A stretch of 63,124 nucleotides of DNA, filler included, from Olpidium bornovanus S191 (GCA_017911155.1; 27 parts of 27 records of this genome joined end to end with filler, not necessarily neighbours in it); one strand, 5' to 3'; positions 25,110 through 37,529 are shown, counted from the whole stretch's first letter. Numbers and translations are program-made. The notes: a model not told the origin generated them from the sequence alone.

Positions 25110-25800
25110 GTGCCCTGTAGAGCGGTAGAAAATCCCCCCGCCCCCGCCTCTGTCGCCCCCCTCTCCATAAGGGCGTGGGCGCTCCAAAACATAGCCTCGG
25201 TCCCCTGCCCCGGCTGTCACATAGCCGGCCACGCCGCACCCGACCCCCGCCCCCGCCACGCTCACCGCTTTCGGTGCCGCTGCCCCGATTGCGGGAAGTC
25301 GTTCGGGCCCGAACATGTACGCAACTTCCGTAGTTCCCTTAATCCCCACCGGCGGCGAATCGCCTTCCCCCGGGCCGGCGCGCAAGCGGCCCCACCGCCG
25401 CTGGCCTTCCCCACCCCGGTTGCAGTCCAAGCCCAGGCTCAGCTGCCCACACCCCCAGCCGCCACAGCCACCACCCCTCCCCCCACCATCACTCAGCCCC
25501 CTCAGCAACGCGTCCCCGAGCTAGAGGCACGCATTGCGGCTCTAGAGGCAGCTGTGGCGCGCCTCTTGGCGGAGAACGCGCAGCTCCGGGCTGAGCGCCG
25601 GCCCCAGCGCCCGTCTCCCCACCTCTCCCTTCCCCGACCGGCAACTCCAGCGGTCACCCCGGCCGGCAACGCCAGCGGCCCTCCCGGTTTTGCCCTGCAC
25701 ATACGCCGACGTAGCCGCTATTCGGCATCAGAGCTCCGTCGTTCAATATCCATGGCTAGGTCTAGGTTAATTCTGGGTCTATATATCGCGTTCCCCGCAG
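25110..25800 (+). mobile_element. Retroelement ORF1/gag-like protein remnant (zinc ribbon + coiled coil)
   Basis: CPGC-x19-CRCPDCGK zinc-ribbon, Pro-rich linker, coiled coil VPELEARIAALEAAVARLLAENAQLRAE, then GFALHIRRRSRYSASELRR...ILGLYIAFP. The architecture recalls LINE ORF1 proteins of early-diverging fungi (from memory, not searched). No clean ATG start. Confidence 0.45.
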
Positions 25801-25806
25801 TCTCGA

Positions 25807-26073
25807 ATGCAGGTGGACGAGGCCGTGCATCATCTGGTCGTGGGCTTCTGCATGGAGCACGGCAGGCCGATCTCGGGAGGGGAATTCGTACTGCCGGAGT
25901 ACGACGTCTTTTGGCCCATGGAGGATAACCTCCTGTGGTGGTTCGCCAACGCCGTCATCTACGGGGCTGCCATGTTGGAGCATCCCGAGGGCACGGAAGG
26001 GCGGCTGACCATGGCCCACTCGATCCCTCGGCGCCTGTGGTCTTGTATGATCACAAATAGCGTTTATTCTTGA
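25807..26073 (+). CDS. Hypothetical 88-aa ORF
   Basis: ATG-started ORF with protein-like composition (VLPEYDVFWPMEDNLLWWFANAVIYGAAMLEHP); no motif recognised; lies between TE remnants. Confidence 0.25.
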   Translation: MQVDEAVHHLVVGFCMEHGRPISGGEFVLPEYDVFWPMEDNLLWWFANAVIYGAAMLEHPEGTEGRLTMAHSIPRRLWSCMITNSVYS

Positions 26074-26161
26074 TCGGCGCCAGGCTGGCGCTCTGAGCCT
26101 TCGGGCGATGATGACGACAGGGCTGCCAGCGAGGCGGAATTGGTGCAGGTTGTGGAGCTTT

Positions 26162-27000
26162 CTACGACTTTGTAGACGTAGTTGGTGAGTGCGATCTCTG
26201 GAAGTCCGCGATGATTTCTTGCGCGTTTGCCATGTTCTCCTTATACTCCCAGGTGGCTTCCGACGCGTCGTATCCCAGCCATAGGACGAGGTATTGTCTC
26301 CTGCCTTGGCGTAGCCGAGTTGCGAGGATCTTGTCTACTTCATACTCGTCGTCCTTGGTGGGACCTGGTCTATTGACGCGCCTTCCTTCTTCTGCGGCAG
26401 TGTACCTCCGTAGATTGGAGACGTGGAAGACGGGGTGAATGCGCATGCCTGGTGGGAGCTTGAGGCAATAATTGTCCTTTTTGGCCTCGACGTGAGTGAC
26501 CTTGTAGGGCCCAATGTATGGGGCCCTGTATTTGGCCGCAAGGCGGGGGTCGTGCGTGATGGCGTCTCGGCGGAGGAGTACTTGATCTCCTTCCCGGATT
26601 TTTGCATCACGTCTTTTCTTATTGTATGCGACTTCTTGAGCTTCCTGAGCTTTTTTGAGGGCGGCACGGGCGTCTTGTAGCACATGTGGTAAGTGCTCCA
26701 GCGGAGTCCCTCGGCGCAGTGAATCGACGCTGCGCAGGTCCGTCCCTTATGCCAGCATATGTGGAGATTGACCTGTTGTCGTGTGCGGCGTAGAATTATG
26801 CGCAAATTCCAACATAGGGAGCGCCGCGAGCCAGTCGGATTTTTTGGATCCGACATGCATGACGATCATCGTCTTGATGATCCCGATGGCGCGTTCAGCT
26901 TGGCCATTCGTCTGCTGGTGACGTGCCGTGGCCAGCTGCCGTTGTATGCCAAGATTGTGGCACAGAGCCGTCCAAAAATTGGACGTCCAGACCGCTGTTG
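26162..27000 (-). mobile_element. Ty3/gypsy chromovirus integrase + chromodomain, pseudogenised
   Basis: TSNFWTALCHNLGIQRQLATARHQQTNGQAER...LPMLEFAHNSTPHTTTGQSPHMLA* (in-frame TAA). It continues with YNKKRR...GDQVLL, PYIGPYKV, LKLPPGMRIHPVFHVSNLRRY (GPY/F module) and chromodomain EYEVDKIL...YLVLWLGYDASEATWE. Confidence 0.93.
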
Positions 27001-27484
27001 GGTATTAACTCAACCCGTCGTGAGTTTGCAGGTTGCTGTTGAAGATAGCCCGAGGCTCTATCGCTGCCGGGCGGCAAGGAACTTCTCCGCTGTCGAGCAC
27101 GCGCGCCCTCTGTAGGCCTTTGAAGGAGCCTTCGATCGTACAAGTGCCCAGCCGAGGTTCTTGAACCTGAGGAGCACGCAAATCCTCTGCTGTAGGAGGG
27201 TCACGGTCGCGCGGCGTCCGGACCAAACGGTTGCTACCCGCTTCGAAGCTGCCTTTGTTTGTTTATTATTTTGTGTGGTTGTTCGATGCGGGGGTTTTCG
27301 AACGAGGGGGGGAAAACAAGGGCTCCGTTTGGGCGCCCCGGCCGCCCGGGGAAGAAATTGCCCGACACCGCGCCGCGATCCATGNNNNNNNNNNNNNNNN
27401 NNNNNNNNNNNNNNNNNNNNNNNNNNNNTTAATTAATTAANNNNNNNNNNNNNNNNNNNNNNNNNNNNNNNNNNNNNNNNNNNN

Positions 27485-28797
27485 CATGCACGTAGTTGAT
27501 GCGCTTAGTCCACTCGTTTGCGTCGACGGAACACGCCGAGAGAACGGACGATACGCTCTCGTGGTCGCCGTCCAGCGCAAGGAGACTCTGCAAGCCCAGC
27601 GTGGTTCCGAACTCTCTGAATGCCAAGCGGAGGTTCTCATCGTGTTGGAAGTACCCTGCCCTAAACAGCATATCTACACAAAAGGTTTTGTCAGCCGGCC
27701 AAAAAAGGGACCAAGGGCTATTTCAGCCAAACGCAGGCCCTTCGACGTTATCAACGCGAGCGAACTCCGTACGTACCTATCGACCGAAAAGACTCGTGCG
27801 CAATATGTCGAGCCCACGGCTTTTCGATCTCAAAATGAGCAAGCCACAGGGCCTCTCCCAAATCCAAAGGGTCGTGGCTCTTATACGAGCGGTACTTTGC
27901 TTCCACCATCCGTTCGAAAGTGGCAACCTCATCGCTGAGATCCGGGGCGCCTTGGACTCCTTGCGCAGCAAAGATTGAATTCTGTAGGATCCGGTAGGTT
28001 ACCAACCCATCAAAAGGGTCCAGGTTTCTATGCGTTGAAAACGCGCGGTCAAAGGCAGCGTGCTCCCGCCGCGAGAAAAACTTTCAGGCGAGCAAAATTC
28101 ATTCCCAGCTCACCCCTCGCTTGGAACGAGCTGACGTAAGAGCTTGATATCCATCTTCCAGTACATCTTCAGCTGGCGAGCCTCAGTGCGGACGAACTTC
28201 GGAAAAATGTTTTTTGCCATGCAAGCTGCCCACTTCAGGTAACGAAGGTCTTTGGTAACGGCGCTCATTCGCTGAAGTGCGAAAGCCCACTTTGTCAAGT
28301 AGTGGAAGTATTGGCCTTGGAACGGGTAAACAAAAAAAGCCTGTTTGTGAGAATTACCAACGAACAACGCAACGAAACGGTTTCTGCCGCTGAAAAGCGC
28401 AAAATTTCACGGCGGTGGAAACGGGCAACTAACCGTCACCGTCCGCGTGCTCTTCCGGGTGGCGCTTCCCGATGCGCAAGCCTCCTAGGGTCGGGTCCTC
28501 GTCTGTGGCAGGTTCCAGGCGTCGGGACCCGTCGCGCGTTTTCCCGAGGGTGTCATGCACGGCGCGAACGAGCGCCTCGGCGCAGGCCAGAAACCTCTTC
28601 TCGCCGGTTCGCGCATGAAGGGTCAGAAAGTTGCAGACTCCAAACGCGTCGGTCCACAGGTAGCGCGGGGTGCGGTCGTACGCCTGCGGAACCCAGCCGC
28701 CCGCGGTCTGCTCGTCGAGCGGGAGCTTTCCGTACACCTCCTCCGTGACCCTCAGGACGGGGCCGAGGACGGCAGCAGCGGCTGCGGTATGTGGCAT
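27485..28797 (-). CDS. Uncharacterised conserved protein of the RYLWTDAF family, multi-exon, 3' truncated
   Basis: RYLWTDAFGVCNFLTL...VHDTLGKTRDGSRRL...GGLRIGK...DGDG | intron 28433-28316 | QYFHYLTKWAFALQRMS...MYWKMDIKL..LVPSEG | intron 28113-28028 | NLDPFDGLVTYRILQ...SHDPLDLGEALWLAH | ...RLAFREFGTTLGLQ. The first two GT-AG introns were checked and keep frame; the third was not resolved. Confidence 0.8.
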
Positions 28798-30009
28798 CGC
28801 CGACGACCAGACTCCCCACTGTCGCGGTCGCCAGCCTTCCTTTTGCGGACGTTGTGGTTTGTAAGGTTTTCTTACCCCCGCACTTTTCCGCAGCATCGCA
28901 GGGAAAAAGATTAAGTATGCCGGCGGCGGCTGTCAAGAAAAAAAAAAAAAAAAAAGGCCTTTTGGCGAGTCCTACCTCAAATCTTGCCATGAATCCCCAC
29001 TCCTTTTTCCCCACCAACGAATTCCGCCTTAACATGCCGCGATTTCGGCACTTTCTGCCGGAAAGCCGCACTTGCTGCGGATAATAACTGTCGCGAATGT
29101 TGTCGCGAATCCTATCGCGAGTCCTGCGGCAAATTTTGCGGCAAATCTTGCCGCCGGCTCCGGCTACGTGAAACGGATCCTGCAAATCAGAATCTGCAAA
29201 TCCCTCAAACCTGCGAATGTCGGTACGGTGAGGAGACGCAGGACTCTACGGGCTGTGTGGTGCCCTTCCTTGGAGAGATCGAGCATAGAGGCCGTGATCC
29301 CAGGGCTTTAGAGTTTTTCTACCTTTGTAAACTGCACGACTGACTCCTCGTCATCAGCCTCCTCCTCTTTTTCACCCTCCTTGAAAAAGTTGATTCTCGC
29401 TTTGTTGTTCAGCTATACGTGAGCTGTTTCATCTGTTCGATACAAAGCTCTTTTGTGTTACACGTCGAGGAAACAGCGTGTGTGCGTGTGTGTGTTCTGA
29501 GAGCGGGGTCTTTACTGATCAATGAAGTCGGCCGAAGGGCACATCTAGGGATTGTATCGATGGTCTCATCGATAAAACTTAATTCGGGGTCGCCCACATC
29601 GTCCTCCTTAATATGATTTGGAAGGATTGCAATCTACGTGGGATTGTGCATTGGCGGCTGATCCAGAGCCGGCCGAAACTTCCTCGCTGTCCGCTCGCTC
29701 ATCCTTATTCTGCCGATGAAACGTTTGCGGACGCCTGATCCACCGCGGCACCGAGAAGTCACTGGCGCAAAATAACTATTGCCTACGGCATGGGATCCAT
29801 TATCTACTTCATAATCTGAATCATACGTATTTCATTGGACTGCATCGTAATCATAGAAGTACTCGCAGAAAAAGGAGGCGTGTTCCGATTCTGGACATTG
29901 AGAAACGTANNNNNNNNNNNNNNNNNNNNNNNNNNNNNNNNNNNNNNNNNNNNTTAATTAATTAANNNNNNNNNNNNNNNNNNNNNNNNNNNNNNNNNNN
30001 NNNNNNNNN

Positions 30010-32010
30010 ACAGGAAGCGGTGCACACCGCGTCGGTCCGGGACGCGAATGAAGCGTTGACGCGAGGGGAAGACCCGGTTGCAAGTCGCGCATTTGCCCTT
30101 CTGTCAGGCCACCTCGTCGAAGAGGCATGCCTAGTTCTCGTGAAGGGTGGAGACCGCCATCTGGCAAATCTCGTCGCCCAAGCCGGTCAGGACTCTGCCG
30201 TCTGCCAACTGATCGCCGACCAGCTTGCACGCTGGAACAAGCTGAAGGTTTCAGAGCACATGCCCCGCGAGACTCTCCGCGTTTTATCTCTTTTGTCCGG
30301 CAACACGCGGCGCGCAGTGGTCGATGGAGAGAAGGGCAAACAGGAGTTCCTAGTCGGTGAAGGTCTCGACTGGAAGCGGGCGTTCGGGCTGGAACTGTGG
30401 TACGGCCAGTACCGGCACGACGGTGTGCGGGAATGCGTGCTGGAGTTTGACTCGAGCTGGACAGACTCCGTGTCTGCTGCGCCGGCCCTGCGCGTGGCGC
30501 CTCCCGTCCCTTGGTACGTTGAGGAGGCAGGGACGAACAACCTTGACGGACCTGCGGTGGTCCGCATGCCGCGCGACGCCCCGTGGGAGCTGCTTCAGCT
30601 CTACTCGCAGCCCGAACGACCGCTTGACCTCGTCTGCCAGCCGGCGGGGTTCTCCTCGGACCTGATGGATTACCGTATGCCCTGGCTGTTATATACGAAG
30701 TTGTCGGGATCGCTGGCAGTCCGCGAGTTTATGGATGTGGAATCGGAGCACGGCAGCCGGCTCGCCGAGTACATTACCGCATCGCTATCGTTTCAGCTGG
30801 AGAACCTCGGTCTGTGGCACTGGGCGGTGTTCGTCAGCTTGCACCACGTTCAACCGGACATGTACGTCGCCGTTTCGGTCGTCTTCTACGGGCTTGGCGC
30901 CTGATTGTAAGGACACTGTTTTCCGGTCGCTGACCATTTCAGCTTGCCGGTTTCTTTTTTTTTCCAGGCGTGAGAAAGCCGTCCGTGAGTTAATCTTTCG
31001 AAACGTGCCGGCCTGCAACGAGGACCAGTCGGAGGAGTGGCAAGAGCGCGTCCGGTTCCTCCGCGAGACGCTGCACATACCGGCGTCGTGGTTATACGAG
31101 GCCAAAGCCCTGCGGGCCCGCTACGAAGGCGACGTGCGCGAGGAGACGCTGGCGCTCCTTGCTGCCGGCCGGCACGCTGCTGCACACATGAGGATTGTGA
31201 TGATCCTTGCCCCCGAGATGATAATGAAAGGTGAGGCTGCCGCGACAATCCAGTGTTTTTTTTGCGTTTGTGGCCGATGGCTTGAACGTTTTGCCGGCCG
31301 AGTTGACGGGGTTCCTGGATTTCTCATAATGCGGACGCGATCACTTGCCTGTAGGGTCGTTTGATGAGCTCGTTCAACTGTTAAAAGCCGTCGATCCACA
31401 GGAAGTGCCAAACTGGCAGGCTGAGGGCAAGGTGTGTCAGCGATGCGGCAAAATACCCCGCGCTCCCCGCTCTCCCTTTCCCCCACCCCCCATCCCGGCA
31501 TATTCCAGCGGCTCATTTTCGTCTCACCTGCGCAGATGTACCTCAATTATGTGGAGGTCGTGGACAAAGTGCCGAAGGTGGTGGCGCGCGGCGCCGAACC
31601 GGCCGATGTACTCGAAATGAAGGAGCGCCTTCAGCTCCTGCTCAAGCTGGTATCGGATGCTATGGGGGCCAAGCGGTCCGAAGGGTACCCCTTTGCCAGC
31701 GTGCAGTTCGACCTCCGCCGGAACGTGGCGCTCGCAGACATGGCGGCGAACCTCTCAAACTCTCTGCAGGACCTGGAGTCGCTGGTGGGCTTTCCGTTCG
31801 CTTTCCGTGTGTTTTGAAGGGGGTCGGGGGGCGGTGCTGTCCGTCATGTCGAGTAACCGCCAGGTGTTCGGACCTTCCTAGGTTCAGACCAAAGACATTG
31901 TTGAGCAAAATGACGAGTGCCTTAACCGTATCAGCCTCCCCGTTGATCAGCGCATCCACCGCCTGCATAAGCTTACGACCACCTATTTCAGTAGCCTGGC
32001 CGCGTACTGA
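30010..32010 (+). CDS. NUP145: Nucleoporin Nup96 (Nup98-96/Nup145C) C-terminal part, 5' truncated
   Basis: FALLSGHLVEEAC...GDRHLANLVAQAG, LDWKRAFGLELWYG, WELLQLY, DYRMPWLL and QLENLGLWHWAVFVSLH, plus further spliced exons ending LPVDQRIHRLHKLTTTYFSSLAAY* at 32010. Confidence 0.9.
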
Positions 32011-32881
32011 GGATGCCCACGGAAACTGTAGATACGCCTCTCGAAATTGGGTTGTCGCACGGCTGGTCATATAAAAAGGAAATAACCAAAAAAAGGACGA
32101 AAAAGAAAAAGAAAACCCTGTTGTGTATTGAATTCACATTTTTTTTTTCCGGGGGAGGTGGGATGGAGGGCAATGACAGAGCACTTTTTCGCTGGAGTAT
32201 TTAAATGCTAAGCGCACTCACTATGAATCATGAAAGCACGGCTGTTTTTTTTCAAACGCCTTTTGACAAAAACCACATAAAAAAAAAGGCGGAACCGAAC
32301 CGATCTCCCCACAGCGCGGGTGGCTCTCGCTTCTGACGAATCCGCGTCACGCCGAGAAATGAAGAACGCGGGCAGCCCAGTGCGGGAGACAACTCGCTCT
32401 TTCATGCCGGGATTTTTCTTTTCAAAGGAAGCGTTTTGGATCAGCCGCGGCGTTTTTTTTAAGGACCCACGTCCCCATCCTGCCGGACCTCCCCTGGACT
32501 TCCCGCAGCCCATCCCACCGTCCCCGCCCCCGTCTCCGCCCCCGCCCCCGTCCCAATCCCCAATCCCTCTCTTGGTATTCGTTCGAACGCGCTCGCCGAG
32601 TGCCCCGCGCGCTGCTGGGTTCGTGGTTTCGGTTGGACCATCGCCGGTCGGGGCGCAGTCACGGGCAGCATTGCGAAAGGTCCGGGACCTTACGAAACGC
32701 ACCCGAGACAACAGGAGGCCACGCGGGCGGGTCCGTCTCTGCCCTCTATCACAGATTCGGGAAAGTTCGTCCACAGTTTCCGGAGAAGGTGGGGTCTCTC
32801 CCCGCGTCACCCTTTTTTTCCCCCGTCTTTTCATTCCCTTTATTCTCCCCACCTGAAATCCCGAACCGACGGCGGAGAAAG

Positions 32882-32953
<72 letters not shown>

Positions 32954-33413
32954 CGCCCTTTCNNNNNNNNNNNNNNNNNNNNNNNNNNNNNNNNNNNNNN
33001 NNNNNNTTAATTAATTAANNNNNNNNNNNNNNNNNNNNNNNNNNNNNNNNNNNNNNNNNNNNCGCGACGAGGTGTGCAGAAGTAATCAGATCGCTGCCTT
33101 GGTTGCCATTTAAACAACTGTGGCCCCGGTCTCTAGCCTTCGCTGAGCCGTTCTTTCCGCGTTTCTGCGCGAAATTCATGACGCGTCATTGGGCGAACGG
33201 CGAAACGGGTGTTGCACCGCCTCCAGAAATCTGCGCATTTTGAAATCCAGTACGACAGGCGCCGACGAGCACAACGGACAGCAAGAGGAGAGGACGATGC
33301 GCACTTTAGCAATTTTCAGCGGCTCGGACTAAGAAAGATGCCGCGACACCCGAGCGTCGACAACGGGCTTTGCAGCAACGCAAAATGGCAGACTCATCTC
33401 TTGGGGGTCTGCG

Positions 33414-33730
33414 CGCGACAGAAGTGCGTCGTAACGTCGTCATGCGAGGCCGAGTCCGTCGCCGGGTCCGCCGCTGCGCCGGAGACGGGCATGGGTATGG
33501 TCAGTCTTCAAGGCCATAGACCCCAAGATCGCAAAAGAGCCAACGCCACTCCGCACAGACAACAACGGGGCGGCTGAGCTTGTGGCTGACAATGAGGCAT
33601 CGGAGAGCTCCCAGCATGTTGATATCAGGTTCCATCATTTTGACGCAATGCGCCGCGAATGGAATTATCCCGGTTGCTGAGAACTTAGCTGACCTTCTCA
33701 CAAAGCCGCTAGACAAAGAAAGTTTACCGA
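33414..33730 (+). mobile_element. Ty1/copia RNase H remnant with frameshifts
   Basis: RQKCVVTSSCEAESVAGSAAAPE (frame 1), PTPLRTDNNGAAELV...SQHVDIRFH (frame 2) and ENLADLLTKPL (frame 3). These match KQ..VA.S..EAEY / DN.GA / KHIDIRYH / ADILTKPL. Confidence 0.85.
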
Positions 33731-34456
33731 GTTCGGGAATATGCGTGGGACGCGCGACATCCGGGGCAATGGTGTCGTTATATGACAAGCCGGCCCGGAG
33801 TTCAGCAGCCGGAAAGAAGAAAGCATTGTGTCTCGCGTCTCGGGCGCAACCGTGGGTTCAAAACTAGAGTATACAGCATGGTTACAGGATTACGTTGCGC
33901 GCGATGAGGAGTGTTGGAAAAAAAAAGGGGGGGGGGGGGAAACGGGGGTTCAGGCGGAATTCAACGGGCATCGCACGGCAGGAACCACTTGCCCCCGTAA
34001 ACTCCCTGGAGCTTCTTTGGAAGTCTTCTAACAAAACAGATTAAAAGTAGATAACGCAACGACGGCTTGCTAACGGAGGCTCGCAAGAGAGACCGCCTTC
34101 AACCCTGCTTCCCATGTCGCCTTGGATCCGCGGCTTCCTCTTTTCGGGGCTTGTTTACGGTTGCGTTTTGTGACATGGGGGGGGGCGGGAGGGGGAAGGG
34201 GAAATACGGCCGCGCCCAAAATCGCAAACAGAACGGGCATTGGACGGAAGTCCTACGCCAGGGGAGATTTTGTCGCGTAGCGGAGGAGCGTCAGGTGGGC
34301 CGTCAGTTCCCGCGGGCTACTCGACATCCGAAGCCCGCGGAAAACGGCAGGTCAGCGGTCATCCCCAACAGCTCCTGATCATCAAAAAAGGTTGAGTTGT
34401 CTCGCCGGCTGTGCGGCGGTCAACAACCGAGTGGGTTGGTTTTTTTTTTAGAAAAG

Positions 34457-34458
<2 letters not shown>

Positions 34459-34492
<34 letters not shown>
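34459..34492. repeat. (TA)n microsatellite
   Basis: About 16 consecutive TA units. Confidence 0.95.
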
Positions 34493-34499
<7 letters not shown>

Positions 34500-35294
34500 A
34501 GGCTGCTCAAAACCGTCATTGGTCCGGCCAGACCATTTGCGCCCGTTTCGAGAGTTTTTCTCGGGAGAAATACCCCGAGGCGGCCAAAGTGGCCTGGATC
34601 GAACGAAGCCCCACTTCTTCATCTTCCAGTCCGGTTGTTTTCACCCGGGGTTTTTGACAAATTTCGAGTTTATGGAAAAATTTTCTGACAGTGTCTCAGA
34701 CACAAACGACGGTAACTTTCTCACCAACGTCCCGCCGGACAGGAAAGGCATCTCCGACAGAACTGTCGACCAACAGGAAAAAATTGAGGTTGCTCGAATA
34801 AAGGACGAGGCGGTTTCTGCTTTTCGGTCCTTCTAGGACCGCCTTGTGTTTCGCGCCAAATGTCCGACTTTAAATGTTTTGCCGGGCCGCGCGTTCGCGG
34901 GCGCTCGCGTTTAACTCACCAAGCGCCTGGCAGGGCGGGCACGCGGCCTCCACAAAAAAAAAAAAAAAAGAAAACAAAAAAAAAGAGAAACGCTCGTCAT
35001 CAGACCCGCAACACAAACCCTGTTTGCTTCCCTTTTCCGCAACACAAACCCTATTTGCTTCCCTTTTTATTTTCTTTTTTTTGTTTGTTCTTACTGGAAT
35101 GACGGGAGGAACAAGCTCGGATATACGACCGCCGCAACAAACAAACAAAAAAAAATAAAAAAACAAGCCGGAGGTGAGAAGCCGGCGAAATAAAAAGAGA
35201 GACCGTGAATTGCTGCTCTTGTTCTCTATTGCCCGAAAATTTTCTTGATCCCACGTTTGAAAAGGCAGAAAAAAAAAACAAGGAAAAACGAGAA

Positions 35295-35405
35295 TTTTGG
35301 AGGCCGCGTTCCCCGCTGCTCCTGAGATAAATGCTGCCCGTCGCCGACCGGTTTTTGGAGGCCGCGTTCCCCGTTGCTCCTGAGATAATGCTGCCCGTCG
35401 CAGAC
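35295..35405. repeat. ~57-bp tandem duplication
   Basis: TTTTGGAGGCCGCGTTCCCCG(C/T)TGCTCCTGAGATAA(A)TGCTGCCCGTCGC occurs twice in tandem. Confidence 0.9.
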
Positions 35406-35516
35406 CGTGGCTTGTCCAAAAGTGCGCGGGTGGTGGGCGGGGTGGGGAGGGTGGGGGGAGTGGGCCACGGGCTTGACTTCCGAGTTGCGGTTGGAGAGAG
35501 ACGACGGGCCCGCAAG

Positions 35517-35576
<60 letters not shown>

Positions 35577-35699
35577 AAAAAAAAAAAAAAAGGACGNNNN
35601 NNNNNNNNNNNNNNNNNNNNNNNNNNNNNNNNNNNNNNNNTTAATTAATTAANNNNNNNNNNNNNNNNNNNNNNNNNNNNNNNNNNNNNNNNNNNNAAA

Positions 35700-37529
35700 A
35701 AAAAAAAACAAAAACAAAGGAGAAGATCGTGACGTACTCAAGATGTTCGATGCACCGTGGAGGCGTCCGGTTTCGCCGATCCTTGCCGTCGTCGCCACGT
35801 ACGAAGGGTTCAAATATCTGAGACACTCCGTCAATCTCATCCACAAGCGGCCTCTTCCGGTTAGGCGGACAGTTATCCTTTATACTGAGACTAGAATCTC
35901 TTTCCACATCCCTAGAGAAATGTCGAACCGCGGTGTCGTGGTTAATCGCGCACTTCGCCTGCCGAATGTCCCGGAAGTCCTAGATGGCCTCGCTTGGAAG
36001 GCAGTATGTCCGGCTCCGCTCGGGCAGCAAACAAAACAGTGTCTCGTTACACACATGGGAATAGGATCCCGGAACTTGCCACCGCGACTGGTGGAAAGCC
36101 GATGAATGGAGCGCGAATCTGCCTTTTCGACTTCAATTGCGGATCCGCGTCGTTTTCCCCATCTGTTACCTTCCAGGTCAGGATGGCGATTTATATGCCG
36201 CCAGTGATCCCGAGAAGCGCCCATAGATTCTTCAGTCGAGCGTGACGACGATTCTTGCCCCCGCCGTCGCAAATCTCTGACTGGGCTGGGCGTATCGTAG
36301 TAGCGGTCCGTGGCCGATGACATCCGCAAATCCGGTACAAAACCTCTGCTATAATTGAACGCGCGAAACTCCCAGTTTTCTCCAATAACGCTGCTACCGT
36401 CGAACCCGTGCGGAGAACCACCACGCTGGGAACCGCTGTTTTCTTGCCTGCGTGGGGTAGGCGACCGTTCGCGGTTCTCGAAAGCAAAATTGCCGTGAGT
36501 GACATCAAGGGCGCTGTTCGGACGAACATCCAGCCTTGATCGCGGCTCCAGACCTGAGGAATTCTGCACAATCTTTGCGCCTACCAGAGTCGCGTTTGAG
36601 CGGTGGGTCTCTCGGCTATGGCGTCGCTGTCCAAGAGAAGCCTCGTGAAGCGCGGCGTTCCTCACAGAGTGCCGCGGCCGGACGTCCCACGGCACCGGTG
36701 GTGCGCTGACGCGCTCGCTGTGCACACAGTTTGAAATCGCACCGGAACGGACGGATGGTCCTTCGTATACATATCTTTGCCGTGCGCGGGATTCCTGGTG
36801 TCGGCGCGAGTACATTATGTCCGCCGCTGATCCAAGGGGCGAGCTTCGTGTGGGCCGCCTCATTCGAGACTGACCCGGGTGTCGCGAGTCCCGGGACACA
36901 GAAGCACGCTTCGGCGACGTTTCCGTGCTTGCGCCGCGGCGGCAGCTCGTGTACGTGCCGCTCTCCATCTCCACAGCCGCAAACAAAGCAGCGAACGCAG
37001 GATGCTCTCTGTTGCTTTCCAATGTTAGGGACAGTCCCGACGGAACCCGCGAGCTTCTCCCGCTATCCAGGCAAGGGTGGGATTCAACACTCGTGCCTAG
37101 CTCTAGATCGTGTGGTGCTTTTTCGGGCGGCATCACCGCGCAGACTAAACAAGAAGTAAACACGTTATCTTAGTCGGCGGTTCCGCGATCGCAAAACAAA
37201 TCGGGATTTCAAAACTTCTACGTACAGCTGGAGTCGTTCTCGTCACAACCGGCCAGTCGTCCATTGGACGCAAACGGGCGTTTGTCCGCGTTCAAAAAAT
37301 CAATCTTCTCTGCAACGGCAATTTCGCTTCCCACTGGTTCCAAGGCAGGAGCTCCGGCTTTTGAAGACTTTGCTTCCAGGTTGTTCACCAGAACGGGGGT
37401 TGACGGCGCCTTCGGCGGCGGAAAAGGAGGTGCGTCCTCGACAACGTTATTCGCCAAGATGTGCTTTAGAATATCATCTTCGTCGCCGCTGTAATCCACT
37501 TCGTCATATATAGTTTGGAACGAAACCAT
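35700..37529 (-). CDS. Hypothetical Ser/Arg-rich, probably disordered protein (multi-exon)
   Basis: ATG at 37529 (MVSFQTIYDEVDYSGDEDDILK...), a 427-codon open frame at 35880-37163 and a further open segment to the contig end, all on the minus strand. No domain recognised; exon joins not resolved. Confidence 0.4.
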
